DNA from: Candidatus Thermosaccharophagus tengchongensis
GTDB taxonomy: Bacteria; Armatimonadota; Fervidibacteria; Fervidibacterales; Thermosaccharophagaceae
Reading direction: 5' to 3' (one strand)
Length of the DNA stretch: 56,990 nucleotides
Assembly (NCBI GenBank): GCA_032161105.1
Contig: JAVHTD010000021.1
Positions 10,288 through 19,487 of the stretch are shown piece by piece; the stretch's first letter is position 1; the number at the start of each line of letters is the position of its first letter. The notes under the pieces were generated by a model. It saw only the letters and a program-made list of their open reading frames with translations. It was not told the DNA's origin and did no database searches. Position numbers and translations under genes: made by a program.

Positions 10288-11523
10288 ATGTCAAGAGCGG
10301 CATCACGCTCTCCGGTGGCGATATTGCTTGGGCTTGTAAGGCAAGATGACCAAGCTGTATTTCGGGCTGCTGCACGCCTTCCAAATCTTGAGCGTGCTTT
10401 GCGGATTGTCGGATTGGCTACAACAGCAAGCGGTTTGATTGACTTAGCCAATGTCAAGGTGCCCGACATCGTCGTGATTGATGCGGATGTGCCCGAACTG
10501 GATGCCGTTGCTGTGGCGAGGGAGCTGATAGATAGGGGCTTGCCAGCCGCTATCATCTTGGTCTCTGATGAGGAATCTCCGGAGAAAATTGATGAGGCTA
10601 TGAAGGCGGGCGTTGAGGAATACTTCGTCAGACCGCTTGACCCGCAATCCGTTGCAAGGCAGCTGATTGAGATAGCCGAGATTGTTGAGAGGAGGAGAGC
10701 GAGAAGGGTTCAACAAGAGGTGCCAAAGGAAGAGGCGCATCCCATAAGACCCAGGGTTATAGCGCTAACTGCCGCCAAGGGCGGCATAGGGAAGTCAACC
10801 ATCGCCACCAATCTATCAATAGCGTTGGCTCAGGAGGCTGCCGCGAAGGTGGCGTTGGTTGACCTTCACATTGGCGATTGCGCTGTGCTGTTGAATGCCA
10901 TGCCGAAGTTGAGTCTGCAGCAGCTTCCCGATGACTTTGGTGATGTTGATTCCACATTCCTCAAACCGTATGCGGCGACACATGAAAGCGGTGTCTCCGT
11001 GTTTGTGCTGGCGACCGATGCCAAATTGGGATTGCCGGTGCCATTGAGCTTTGAGAAGGCGGAGAGGTTCATCGGGATTCTTAAGGGTGAATACGATTTC
11101 ATTGTGATTGACGCGCCAGCCATAGCTTATTCAACCGACCTTGTGTTGTTTGCGCTCGCTGACCTCATCATCTTGATCACCGTTCCTTGGGATGTGCTAT
11201 CGTTGCGTGTCACAGCCGCACTTGTGGAATCGTTGAGGAAGATTTACGACTTGAATGGGAAGGTGCGCTTGGTCCTAAACAGGGTGCAACAGAAGGTGAC
11301 AACGGAGCTTCCCGAGAGCAAGATTGAAGAGCGGCTCGGGATGGAAATTTGGGAGCGCATCCCAAACGCCACGAGCGTCGTCATCGCTTCAATCAACAAG
11401 GGAGAGCCATTTGTCACATTGCAACCCCAAAGCGATGTAAGCAAAGCAGTGAGAAGGCTCGCAAGGAAAATCGCCGGCTTGCCAGTCCAAGCTGAGAGGC
11501 AAAAGAAGTTTCTGTTCTTTTGA
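10288..11523 (+). CDS. cpaE: CpaE/TadZ-like receiver domain plus MinD/ParA-type ATPase
   Basis: Receiver PDIVVIDADVP...AMKAGVEEYFVRP; deviant Walker A KGGIGKST; YDFIVIDAP; ASINKGEP; follows cpaB. Confidence 0.82.
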   Translation: MSRAASRSPVAILLGLVRQDDQAVFRAAARLPNLERALRIVGLATTASGLIDLANVKVPDIVVIDADVPELDAVAVARELIDRGLPAAIILVSDEESPEKIDEAMKAGVEEYFVRPLDPQSVARQLIEIAEIVERRRARRVQQEVPKEEAHPIRPRVIALTAAKGGIGKSTIATNLSIALAQEAAAKVALVDLHIGDCAVLLNAMPKLSLQQLPDDFGDVDSTFLKPYAATHESGVSVFVLATDAKLGLPVPLSFEKAERFIGILKGEYDFIVIDAPAIAYSTDLVLFALADLIILITVPWDVLSLRVTAALVESLRKIYDLNGKVRLVLNRVQQKVTTELPESKIEERLGMEIWERIPNATSVVIASINKGEPFVTLQPQSDVSKAVRRLARKIAGLPVQAERQKKFLFF

Positions 11524-11538
11524 TTGATAGCGCAAACC

Positions 11539-11573
11539 AAAAAGTCCGCTTGCAAAATGGCGGGCGGATTTTT
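11539..11573. terminator. Intrinsic terminator, probably bidirectional, between convergent cpaE and amrB
   Basis: AAAAAGTCCGCTTGC-AAAATG-GCGGGCGGATTTTT hairpin with an A-run and a T-run on its flanks. Confidence 0.75.
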
Positions 11574-11640
11574 CACCTGCGCGCTTCGGCAATGCCTCAC
11601 TCAGAGCTATCAAAAACAATTGACGGTGACCTGCAGGTTA

Positions 11641-12540
11641 TCATGTGGCGAAGGTAAGCTCCAGAGACGATGCATCATAACCAGACCTAAACACCGCTAC
11701 AGCGCCATAACCGACAACCTGAGAGTAGTCTCCACTTATGTCCCCGGAGGTTGAGTAGCCGAGCACTTTGGCGCTTTCACAGCCAAGCTTTTGACAGGCG
11801 TAAAGCATAGCCATAGTCGGACCATATCCGCACATTGTCACCCTGTGCTGTCGGACGACATTGAAGACGCCATCCGGGTCAATTGCCTCAATGCGCTTTA
11901 GGACGAGCTCATCCTTCCTCTTGGCTTGCTCTTGCGGCTCATAATGAGTGAAGTCAGTGCTCGCTATGATGACAGCGTTTGCATCTTTGATGACTTGTGA
12001 AATTGCATCACCGAGTGTTGCCGCCACATCCTTCGTCTGGCGACCAATCATGATTGGCACAATTGGCACAGCATTGCCGAAGCAGAACTGAAGGAATGGG
12101 AGTTGAACCTCAAGTGAGTGTTCATATCTGTGTGCGCTCTCATTCTCGTCCGCAATTGGACATGCTTCAACGAGCCTCTTTGCGACATCAGACGCAACGG
12201 GCACTTCACCGAGCGGAGTTATCCAAACACCCTCAGGGTAAATGGAGACATCGCCTGCAAAGCCATGATGGTCAGGTCCAATAATGATGACCACATCTGG
12301 CGTCCTCTGCAATGCCATTGCGAAGTATGCCCTCGCAGCTGTCGGACCAGAATACATGTATCCGGCATGCGGGCACACCAAGCCGATTATCGGCATGTCG
12401 TTTCTCCTCTCACCTTCGTGCGGCGGCAATTTACCCGGTCCGAGTGGGTGAAGGAAGCAGTTCTCAATTTGGCGGCGCAACCTCTCGGCAGTCCCTTCAT
12501 AAAAGCTCCCGGCAACTGCTGCCCTTCTTTGCCCCATCAT
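11641..12540 (-). CDS. amrB: AmmeMemoRadiSam system protein B (MEMO1 family)
   Basis: RRAAVAGSFY, PHAGYMYSG, GPDHHG, TPLGEV, EHSLEVQLPFLQ, STDFTHY, TMCGYGP, VVGY. Confidence 0.93.
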   Translation of the reverse strand: MMGQRRAAVAGSFYEGTAERLRRQIENCFLHPLGPGKLPPHEGERRNDMPIIGLVCPHAGYMYSGPTAARAYFAMALQRTPDVVIIIGPDHHGFAGDVSIYPEGVWITPLGEVPVASDVAKRLVEACPIADENESAHRYEHSLEVQLPFLQFCFGNAVPIVPIMIGRQTKDVAATLGDAISQVIKDANAVIIASTDFTHYEPQEQAKRKDELVLKRIEAIDPDGVFNVVRQHRVTMCGYGPTMAMLYACQKLGCESAKVLGYSTSGDISGDYSQVVGYGAVAVFRSGYDASSLELTFAT

Positions 12541-12580
12541 TTATCACCTCACTTGAAGCGATGCCTATAATGCGGCGCTA

Positions 12581-13696
12581 TCACTCCGACGCATCGCCAA
12601 AATACTCCATGACATAGCGATACACATTGCATGTCTTGATAAGTTCGTCAAGCGTTATGCTCTCCCAATCGGAGTGTGCGTTGTGCAGTTTACCACCGCC
12701 ATAGACAACCGCACAAATACCCCTCTCATTCAAGTTAACCGCATCCGTCCAGCTGTGGTAGCCGATGCACACTAACGGCTCACCACATACAGCCATGTGC
12801 GCTCTCCTGAAGGCTTCAACGATTGAAGCCACAAAGCCGTCGTTCAAATCAAGCACCAGAGGTTGTGAGATGTCAAGCAGGCTCATTTCGGACTGCGCCT
12901 CAGAGATGATCTTCCGTATCTGCTCCAAGACGGCGTAAGCGTCATCTCCCGGCAGGATGCGCATGTCAACTTGAAATGTGCACCTGTTTGGGATGACCAT
13001 GACATCGCAACCGCCGCTTATGATTCCGAGCGTGAACAGCGGCACATCCTCAAACAACTCATGTCGCCTCTTCAAAGCCGGAAGGCGCTTCAATCGCTCT
13101 ATCACCTCAATGGCTTTTTCAATTGCGTTCACGCCCATGTGTGGCAACGCGCCATGCGCAGCTTTACCGAATGTTGTTACCTCAATCTCAATTGCGCCCG
13201 CATGCGCAATGACGAGTTTAAAATCGGTTGGCTCAAGCACAACTGCAACCTTTACATCATCCGGCAGCTCAAGCTCTTTTGAACCAAGACCGCTCTTCTC
13301 CTCATCGGCAACGAAGGCAACATTGCATGGTGAGTCGCTAATGCGCAGCGCAGTGAGCAGCGCTGCGATCAAGCCCTTGCAATCCACAACGCCCCTGCCA
13401 ACGAGTTCACCGTCAAATGAGCGAAGCTTGTATGGCATCGGATGAGTGTATGCCGGGATCGTGTCCGTGTGCGCACAAAACATGAGCCTGCTTTTGCCGC
13501 GCCTTCCGATGATGTTTTTTCTTCCGATGCTTATCCTCTGTTCCGTCACATCAAAGCCGAGTTGGCGCAAAGCGTTAACAAGGTATGGTGCCAGAGCGTC
13601 CTCTTGGCCGGTTGGTGTTGGCACTGAAATGAGTTCCTCAAGCCTTCGGACTATCTCTTCAGCGATGGCATGCTCGCTTCTCATTGTCACTTTCAT
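12581..13696 (-). CDS. M20/M25/M40 metallohydrolase (ArgE/DapE-like)
   Basis: AHTDT, GRGVVDCKG, DEE, EPT, GKAAHGA..GVNAI, TDA, AHSDWE; start placed at the ATG just after the upstream stop. Confidence 0.88.
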   Translation of the reverse strand: MKVTMRSEHAIAEEIVRRLEELISVPTPTGQEDALAPYLVNALRQLGFDVTEQRISIGRKNIIGRRGKSRLMFCAHTDTIPAYTHPMPYKLRSFDGELVGRGVVDCKGLIAALLTALRISDSPCNVAFVADEEKSGLGSKELELPDDVKVAVVLEPTDFKLVIAHAGAIEIEVTTFGKAAHGALPHMGVNAIEKAIEVIERLKRLPALKRRHELFEDVPLFTLGIISGGCDVMVIPNRCTFQVDMRILPGDDAYAVLEQIRKIISEAQSEMSLLDISQPLVLDLNDGFVASIVEAFRRAHMAVCGEPLVCIGYHSWTDAVNLNERGICAVVYGGGKLHNAHSDWESITLDELIKTCNVYRYVMEYFGDASE

Positions 13697-13698
13697 CC

Positions 13699-15660
13699 TC
13701 AACCCCAAAAGCGATAGATCTTCCAGTTGCGGACTATGCCCATGATGTTGCATATGCTCCCAACGATGTATTCGCCCATTATCAGACCGATGAAGAATGG
13801 CGTCCAACTTTTCATCGCCTGCAAGCCGCCAAAGTGCAGTATTGCGGCTTTAACAATCCAGCCGAGCATTATTGCCCCCCACATCCAATTCATAGCCCAA
13901 CTTGATGAGACAGCCAATCCCACGGGATGAAAAGGCATGAATGAGAACATGCCTCGCAGGCTCATCAGGAACATCGTGAACACAAAACCAACAATGACGA
14001 ATGCAGTCCCAACATTGTCCGGCTTTGTCGGAGCGCGGAGCAGCGATGCAAGCCTGTTATAAGGTTCCCAGCCAAACCAGACTGACGGGCCAACAATCTT
14101 CGCCGAGGCGGCACCAAGCCTGTAGTAAACATCCAACAGCGCCCAAAAGGCGCATAGTGAACCCCACAGACCGAAGGCAAGCATGGCATACATCAGCTTG
14201 CGGTAGTTATAACCGATATCCCTTGCGAGCTTGAAGCCCTCAAGCTGATGCGGCATCGGGTGTGAACGATACGCCCTGTTGAAGCCCCATGTTATGGCAA
14301 ACGCCGCAAGCGTCCTCTTCTGGATGAGCTGGCTTCCAAGAGCGCGTGTGATGATTTGGTCTGGACCGGCAAAGTGCAGGTCATGTGCTGGTGAGCCGAG
14401 TTCGGCTCGCATCCTTGTGACGGCAATTGAGAGGCAGAAGTAGATGATGAAGAAGACAACCGCTATTGCCGGTGTCATGCCGCCGGCAATCCAGAAGAGG
14501 ACAGAGATGACGAAGCAGATAACGAACAGGATTATTGCAGCCCTGTATGACATTGGCTCGCCGTGATCATCAGCATTTGAAGGTATCCCAATCACTCTCT
14601 TGAGCACTTCCTTGAAGTAACCCCTCGCAATCCAGAAGACAAATGCAGCCACGCCGAGATATGCGCCTGAGGATTGCTCATTGATGTATGGCATCAGTGG
14701 GCGGTAGGCATCCCAGCCGAAGAAGGCGGTAATAATGCGCTGCGCCTTCCAGAACCAGTAGAAGAAAAAGCAGGAGAAGGAGAGGTCAAGTGGCAGGAAG
14801 TATGTGATGCCGACGATGAACGGGAAAAATGCAAACGGAGTCCAGCCGATGGCGTTCCAAGGTCTTGCAGTCACATATTGGTTGAGGAAGATCGTGCGTA
14901 TGTTGATTCGCGGCACCGATGGGAAGTTCTCGGCAAGGTTGTTTAGCACATCAATGAACGATGAGAGCGCAAAGCCGCCCCAAAAGCGTTGGCTGAGGAA
15001 GATTGCCGAGCCAGACCGAGTTATCTCCATCGGAACATAGCAAATTGGGAATGAGAGCCTCTCTTGCTCAGTCCAGCGCTTCCTCAGGAGCACATTCAAG
15101 CACATCATAGCCACAAGCAACACCATGAAAAAGCCGGTCCAAAGGAGGATGATGGGCATCCAAGCGCGAATGTATTGCGCCTTATAGAGCATATCACCGC
15201 CGAGCATATAGCCGCGTAGCACTTCCTTATCGCTGACCATCATCCACTTTGGGAGCGCATCAAAGAAGAGCCACTCCCAACCGTTCTCTGGTGAGGCAAA
15301 CCAAAATGGATGGACGAGGCATGCAATGAGCACTTGATACATATCATGTCCGACCATGCACGAGCTCAGTGAAAGCAAAGTGTAGATGACGAGCAACTCA
15401 CCCTGAGTGAGTGCCAAGCTCGGTTTGATGCGCCTGATGAGGGCATTCAGAGCGATCAGGCATGTGATTGTGAAGATGACATTGAAGTAGAGCGATGTAG
15501 TTGTCGGGTGACCGGCATAGCGGACGATTTCGGTGTAGACGAGCCAAATTGAGTTAAGCGGCGTAAGGAGTGCGCTGAGCAGAAGAGCCCTGAGTGTTAT
15601 TGCCCTTTCCATACCCTCCTCAATTGCAGCTACATCCGCTTTTGTGCGCACCTCGCCCAT
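13699..15660 (-). CDS. Polytopic membrane protein, DUF6785/DUF6784-like (putative transporter)
   Basis: Many TM segments; W..QERLSFP, RMRAELG, PFHPVG, ILHFGG, PFFIGLIMG motifs shared with the paralog at 53033; GAGGGGTGA RBS before ATG 15660. Confidence 0.75.
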   Translation of the reverse strand: MGEVRTKADVAAIEEGMERAITLRALLLSALLTPLNSIWLVYTEIVRYAGHPTTTSLYFNVIFTITCLIALNALIRRIKPSLALTQGELLVIYTLLSLSSCMVGHDMYQVLIACLVHPFWFASPENGWEWLFFDALPKWMMVSDKEVLRGYMLGGDMLYKAQYIRAWMPIILLWTGFFMVLLVAMMCLNVLLRKRWTEQERLSFPICYVPMEITRSGSAIFLSQRFWGGFALSSFIDVLNNLAENFPSVPRINIRTIFLNQYVTARPWNAIGWTPFAFFPFIVGITYFLPLDLSFSCFFFYWFWKAQRIITAFFGWDAYRPLMPYINEQSSGAYLGVAAFVFWIARGYFKEVLKRVIGIPSNADDHGEPMSYRAAIILFVICFVISVLFWIAGGMTPAIAVVFFIIYFCLSIAVTRMRAELGSPAHDLHFAGPDQIITRALGSQLIQKRTLAAFAITWGFNRAYRSHPMPHQLEGFKLARDIGYNYRKLMYAMLAFGLWGSLCAFWALLDVYYRLGAASAKIVGPSVWFGWEPYNRLASLLRAPTKPDNVGTAFVIVGFVFTMFLMSLRGMFSFMPFHPVGLAVSSSWAMNWMWGAIMLGWIVKAAILHFGGLQAMKSWTPFFIGLIMGEYIVGSICNIMGIVRNWKIYRFWG

Positions 15661-15686
15661 CGGATCACCCCTCAGATGCAATCGGC

Positions 15687-15920
15687 TCACGCGGTCTTTT
15701 TGATGATGATTTTGAACCAATCATGCGCTGGCTCAACCTCAACATGGCAACCCATGCTCTTTGCCATGCGTGAGACATTTTCCTTTGGAGCGCCCGGGTC
15801 AACCAACACTATAACCTCGCCTCGCCCAATCCCCTCAAGCGCTTTGCGAACACGAATTACAGGCTCAGGGCAAAGCAATCCGCGGCAATCAATCTCCACC
15901 TTCGTTTCCTCACTCGGCAT
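15687..15920 (-). CDS. TusA/SirA-family sulfur or selenium carrier, YedF-like
   Basis: IDCRGLLCPEPVIRVRKAL (CPxP motif), VLVD..AP.ENVSR; 77 aa. Confidence 0.88.
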   Translation of the reverse strand: MPSEETKVEIDCRGLLCPEPVIRVRKALEGIGRGEVIVLVDPGAPKENVSRMAKSMGCHVEVEPAHDWFKIIIKKTA

Positions 15921-16005
15921 GCGTTAACCCCCCTTGGAGGCAAAAGTTATCCGCACCATCACGGGCAGTGTGCAAATTGTAAATGATAGATGGGCAACAT
16001 TTCTT

Positions 16006-16070
16006 GGGAGGGTGAGGCTCCTGCCGAACCTAAACTCATTTTATAGGCTTACCGAGAGGTTCGCCCTCCC
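16006..16070. repeat. REPIN-like degenerate inverted repeat
   Basis: GGGAGGGTGAGGCTCCTGCCGAACCT (16006-31) and inverted AGGCTTACCGAGAGGTTCGCCCTCCC (16045-70), about 17/26 matches; left arm has its own GGCTC..GAACC hairpin. Confidence 0.55.
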
Positions 16071-16195
16071 TGTGGCATCGCTTACAATGTGCATATCACC
16101 CCATCACAATTATAGCGTCGGTTTATCCTGCCCTGAGTAACTTCCGCAATTTGACCCCCAAACCTTAATGAGAACGCAAACGCCCTTTCCTGCCA

Positions 16196-16223
16196 AGTAT
16201 TTTGGCTCATGGGGGATGAGCCA
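16196..16223. repeat. Left 28-bp boundary repeat of the island
   Basis: AGTATTTTGGCTCATGGGGGATGAGCCA; 27/28 identical to 32246-32273; contains TGGCTCAT-N5-ATGAGCCA. Confidence 0.9.
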
Positions 16224-16522
16224 TGCAAAAGAATTTCAACAGCCACAGTTTGTTGGAAGGTTGCCTCATATCCAAAGCGAAGTGACCCATTACATATGCT
16301 TTGTGTGCCACAGAATGAGAATGAAAGCCAAATACGAGCAATACAAACAATACAAAGATGGAATTCACATTCAAATGCCATCTTGCCACATCAATAGCAA
16401 TCACTATGCAACAATCAAAAATGACACACACTTCCTTAGTATAGCAGTTTAAACCCTCAATCCGTTCTTTCGCTTTCTCGCACAGAATGGTGAGAATTTG
16501 CTACCATCAGCCCATTTATCAA

Positions 16523-19387
16523 TTATGGGCTTCCAGAGTTTATGATGCATTGGATTAGCCGAATGAGTTCACCATTACCACCATCGGAGACATAAAGGTT
16601 GCCAGATGCATCTATTGCTAAGGCACGTGGGCAATTAAATCGGGCAACATTCCCTGCTCCATCAACATTACCGGCAGACCCTGTCCCTGCGATTGTCGTT
16701 ACAACTCCTCTTGGGCTTATCAATCGGATGCGATTGTTATACTCGTCTGCGATGTAAAGATAGCCAGCGGTGTCCACCGAAATGCCATTTGGAAAATTGA
16801 ATTTAGCCAATGTCCCCGTCCCATCAGCGTAACCTTGTGTTGAACCTGCAAGAGTTGAAACCGTTCCGCCACCGCTACTTAAAGCGTTGACAATCTTGCG
16901 AATTCTGTGATTGTTGCGGTCAGCGACATAAAGGTTACCCGCACGGTCAACAGCGATACCGCGAGGGCTATTGAACCTCGCTGATGAACCTACGCCGTCA
17001 GTATTACCGCTGGCGCCAGTTACTGCGCTGTTATCCCCAGCCACCAAACTAACTTGCCAATTGCTTGCAAGATTTGGATTACCGCCTTTGAGCTGTAGCC
17101 GCCTCACTCGTTTCCCTTCTGCTTCCGTCACATAGACATTACCCCACATATCCACTGCCACACCGTAAGGGTAATTGAAAGTGGCAAGGTTACCTGGTCC
17201 ATCGTCTTTACCTCTCGTTCCTGTCCCCGCAATGGTGCTGACAGTCCAACTATCAGGATTTGTCGGGTCAGCCCAAGAAAGAAGAGTGACACGCTTGACT
17301 TTATGGTTGCCGTAATCCGCAACATAAAGCACTATTTCGCCCCCAGATGTTGTTGCTACCGCTATTCCTAAGGGGGTGTTGAGACGTGCAGTGCTCCCTA
17401 ACCCATCTACATCCCCACTTTGAGGATCACCAACACTTCCTACTATTGTGCTGACAATGCCAGAAGGACTAATGCGCCGAATAGCATGGTTGGCAGAATC
17501 AGCAACATAGATATTGCCCATAGCATCCACAGCGATTCCTCTAATTCCATAAAACCGAGCCTGAGAAGCAATTCCGTCAGCAAACCCACGAAAACCATAT
17601 TTTCCAGCGAAAGTGCGAACGATGGAAAGAGGGCTTCCTGCCCCAGTATTGCTTGAAGGCGGCACCAAGCCTTTAGTTTCAGTTTCCACACGAACGGTAA
17701 ACTCAAAAGCAGTAACGCCCTGAGGGACGATAAACCACCACTCTTTGGGTGAACTAACCTCACCAGGCATCAAGACTTCATCGTAAGAGATGAAGGGCAA
17801 ATCAGTCCCGAAGTCGGATGAAGGAATAACGCCATCGGCATTCGCTAATTGAACTGGTTCGTTAGAAGTGCTCCCAGTCGCTATCCCTATAGGGAAGAAG
17901 CCGCTTGTCGGAGCAATGCGCCTAATCTTGTGGTTGTAAGCGTCAGCGACATAAATGTTGCCACTTGAACCTGCTGCCAATAAACGGGGGACATTGAACC
18001 TCGCATTAGCACCTGAACCATCTGTGCTTCCAGAATTACCAGCAGAGCCAGCTAAAGTTTGAACCAACCAACTGCTTGCCCTTACTTCTGATGCATTTGG
18101 TTCTTTCAAGCGAATTTGGCGAAGGACATGGGCAGTTGCTTCACTGACAATCAATGCGCCGTTAACCCAAACGATTCCGTAAGGTGCTTGAAACCGTGCA
18201 ATATCCCCTGAACCATCAGCTATACCAGAGACCCCTGTTCCAGCAATCGTAACAACCTCACCTGTAGGACTAACCCGCCTAATTCTGTAGTTGCCCTGAT
18301 CAGCGACATAAAGGGTTCCGTCAGGGGCAATTGCTAAACTTCTTGGGCAATTAAACCTCGCCGCTGTCCTTATACCGTCTGCAAATCCCGAAGTGGCTGT
18401 CGTTGAACCTGCAAGTGTGGTGACAGTGTAGTGGGCAGGATTTGTTGGGTCACTCCCTGTCAAAACAATCTTGCGGATGCGATGACCCAAAGCCTCCGAA
18501 ACATAAATGGTTCCATCGTTACCTACTGCCACACCTGAAGGTTGACGAAATTGGGCGACATTGCCAGAACCATTAGCATCACCTGGTGTTCCTGTCCCTG
18601 CAATTAAAGAGACTCTGCCGTCCAAAGTAACTCTCCGAATTCGTTGACCCGAAAGTTCGGTGACGACTAAGGAGTTGTCAACAGGGTTGTAAGCGATGCC
18701 AAATGGAGCGTTGAACAAAGCAGCATTCCCAATACCATTGGCATATCCAGCACTGCCGCTACCCGCGATGGTGCTGACAAATCCACCTTGAATTTTTCTA
18801 ATTCGGTGACCGCCATAATCGGTGACATACAAATTGCCTGATGAGTCAAATGCGACACCGCTTGGGTAACTGAAAGTCGCTGAGTTGACATGACCGTCAT
18901 TTGCACCAGAACTGCCTGTGCCTGCGAAAGTGCTCACTGTAACAGTGGGACGAATGTCGGAAAAAGCGCTAACACCAGTGATAGAACTGAACAAGACGCG
19001 AATTCCAACCACAGTTCCGTTTGGCAGTTGACCGATGGGCAAGTTCCAACGATTCACAAGCGAAACCTTGATGATTTTAATGCCGGGGTTACCAGGATGG
19101 TCAAGCAAAGTGCTTGAAGTGAAGTTAACGGAAGTGCCGGTGAGAACGAGACGGGATTTTACTGGCTGATTTTCCCCAGAAATTGGCGTGATAGTAACCT
19201 GCCTTGTCTTTACATCTACATTGAAGCGAGCTGTAGCGATGCTACGAGACGGAGAAACCTCAGGAGTTGATGGTTTGGAAGGGGTAGAGGAAATTTTTCC
19301 ACCCCCACACCCAACAACTATTACAGACGAAAAAACAACCAAACAAACCAGACCGATGACAACCTTGTTAGCAAGTCTACTCTTCAT
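16523..19387 (-). CDS. NHL-repeat (two beta-propeller blocks) lipoprotein
   Basis: Lipobox VVGC followed by GGG; about 12 repeats of the form AGtG..G..DG.g..ArFn.P.giAvD..GnlYVaD..NhrIR. Confidence 0.9.
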   Translation of the reverse strand: MKSRLANKVVIGLVCLVVFSSVIVVGCGGGKISSTPSKPSTPEVSPSRSIATARFNVDVKTRQVTITPISGENQPVKSRLVLTGTSVNFTSSTLLDHPGNPGIKIIKVSLVNRWNLPIGQLPNGTVVGIRVLFSSITGVSAFSDIRPTVTVSTFAGTGSSGANDGHVNSATFSYPSGVAFDSSGNLYVTDYGGHRIRKIQGGFVSTIAGSGSAGYANGIGNAALFNAPFGIAYNPVDNSLVVTELSGQRIRRVTLDGRVSLIAGTGTPGDANGSGNVAQFRQPSGVAVGNDGTIYVSEALGHRIRKIVLTGSDPTNPAHYTVTTLAGSTTATSGFADGIRTAARFNCPRSLAIAPDGTLYVADQGNYRIRRVSPTGEVVTIAGTGVSGIADGSGDIARFQAPYGIVWVNGALIVSEATAHVLRQIRLKEPNASEVRASSWLVQTLAGSAGNSGSTDGSGANARFNVPRLLAAGSSGNIYVADAYNHKIRRIAPTSGFFPIGIATGSTSNEPVQLANADGVIPSSDFGTDLPFISYDEVLMPGEVSSPKEWWFIVPQGVTAFEFTVRVETETKGLVPPSSNTGAGSPLSIVRTFAGKYGFRGFADGIASQARFYGIRGIAVDAMGNIYVADSANHAIRRISPSGIVSTIVGSVGDPQSGDVDGLGSTARLNTPLGIAVATTSGGEIVLYVADYGNHKVKRVTLLSWADPTNPDSWTVSTIAGTGTRGKDDGPGNLATFNYPYGVAVDMWGNVYVTEAEGKRVRRLQLKGGNPNLASNWQVSLVAGDNSAVTGASGNTDGVGSSARFNSPRGIAVDRAGNLYVADRNNHRIRKIVNALSSGGGTVSTLAGSTQGYADGTGTLAKFNFPNGISVDTAGYLYIADEYNNRIRLISPRGVVTTIAGTGSAGNVDGAGNVARFNCPRALAIDASGNLYVSDGGNGELIRLIQCIINSGSP

Positions 19388-19487
19388 ACGACCTTCACCT
19401 CCCTGCGGGAGTTTTACTCCATCCGAAACACCATGCCATCACTGACTAAGTAGCTGCACATTAAATGCCAATTCGTTCGCATAAATC

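Noticed and set aside
16196..16223. 28-bp boundary repeat as a XerCD dif/pdif site
   Set aside because: The length matches, but there is no 11-6-11 layout or TTATGTTAAAT-like XerD arm.
16082..16452. Short ORFs at the left island edge
   Set aside because: Several overlap on both strands, span the boundary repeat, and show no recognisable motif or RBS.
16523..19000. Repetitive sequence as a possible CRISPR array
   Set aside because: These are degenerate protein-coding NHL repeats; no identical repeats with unique spacers occur anywhere in the window.
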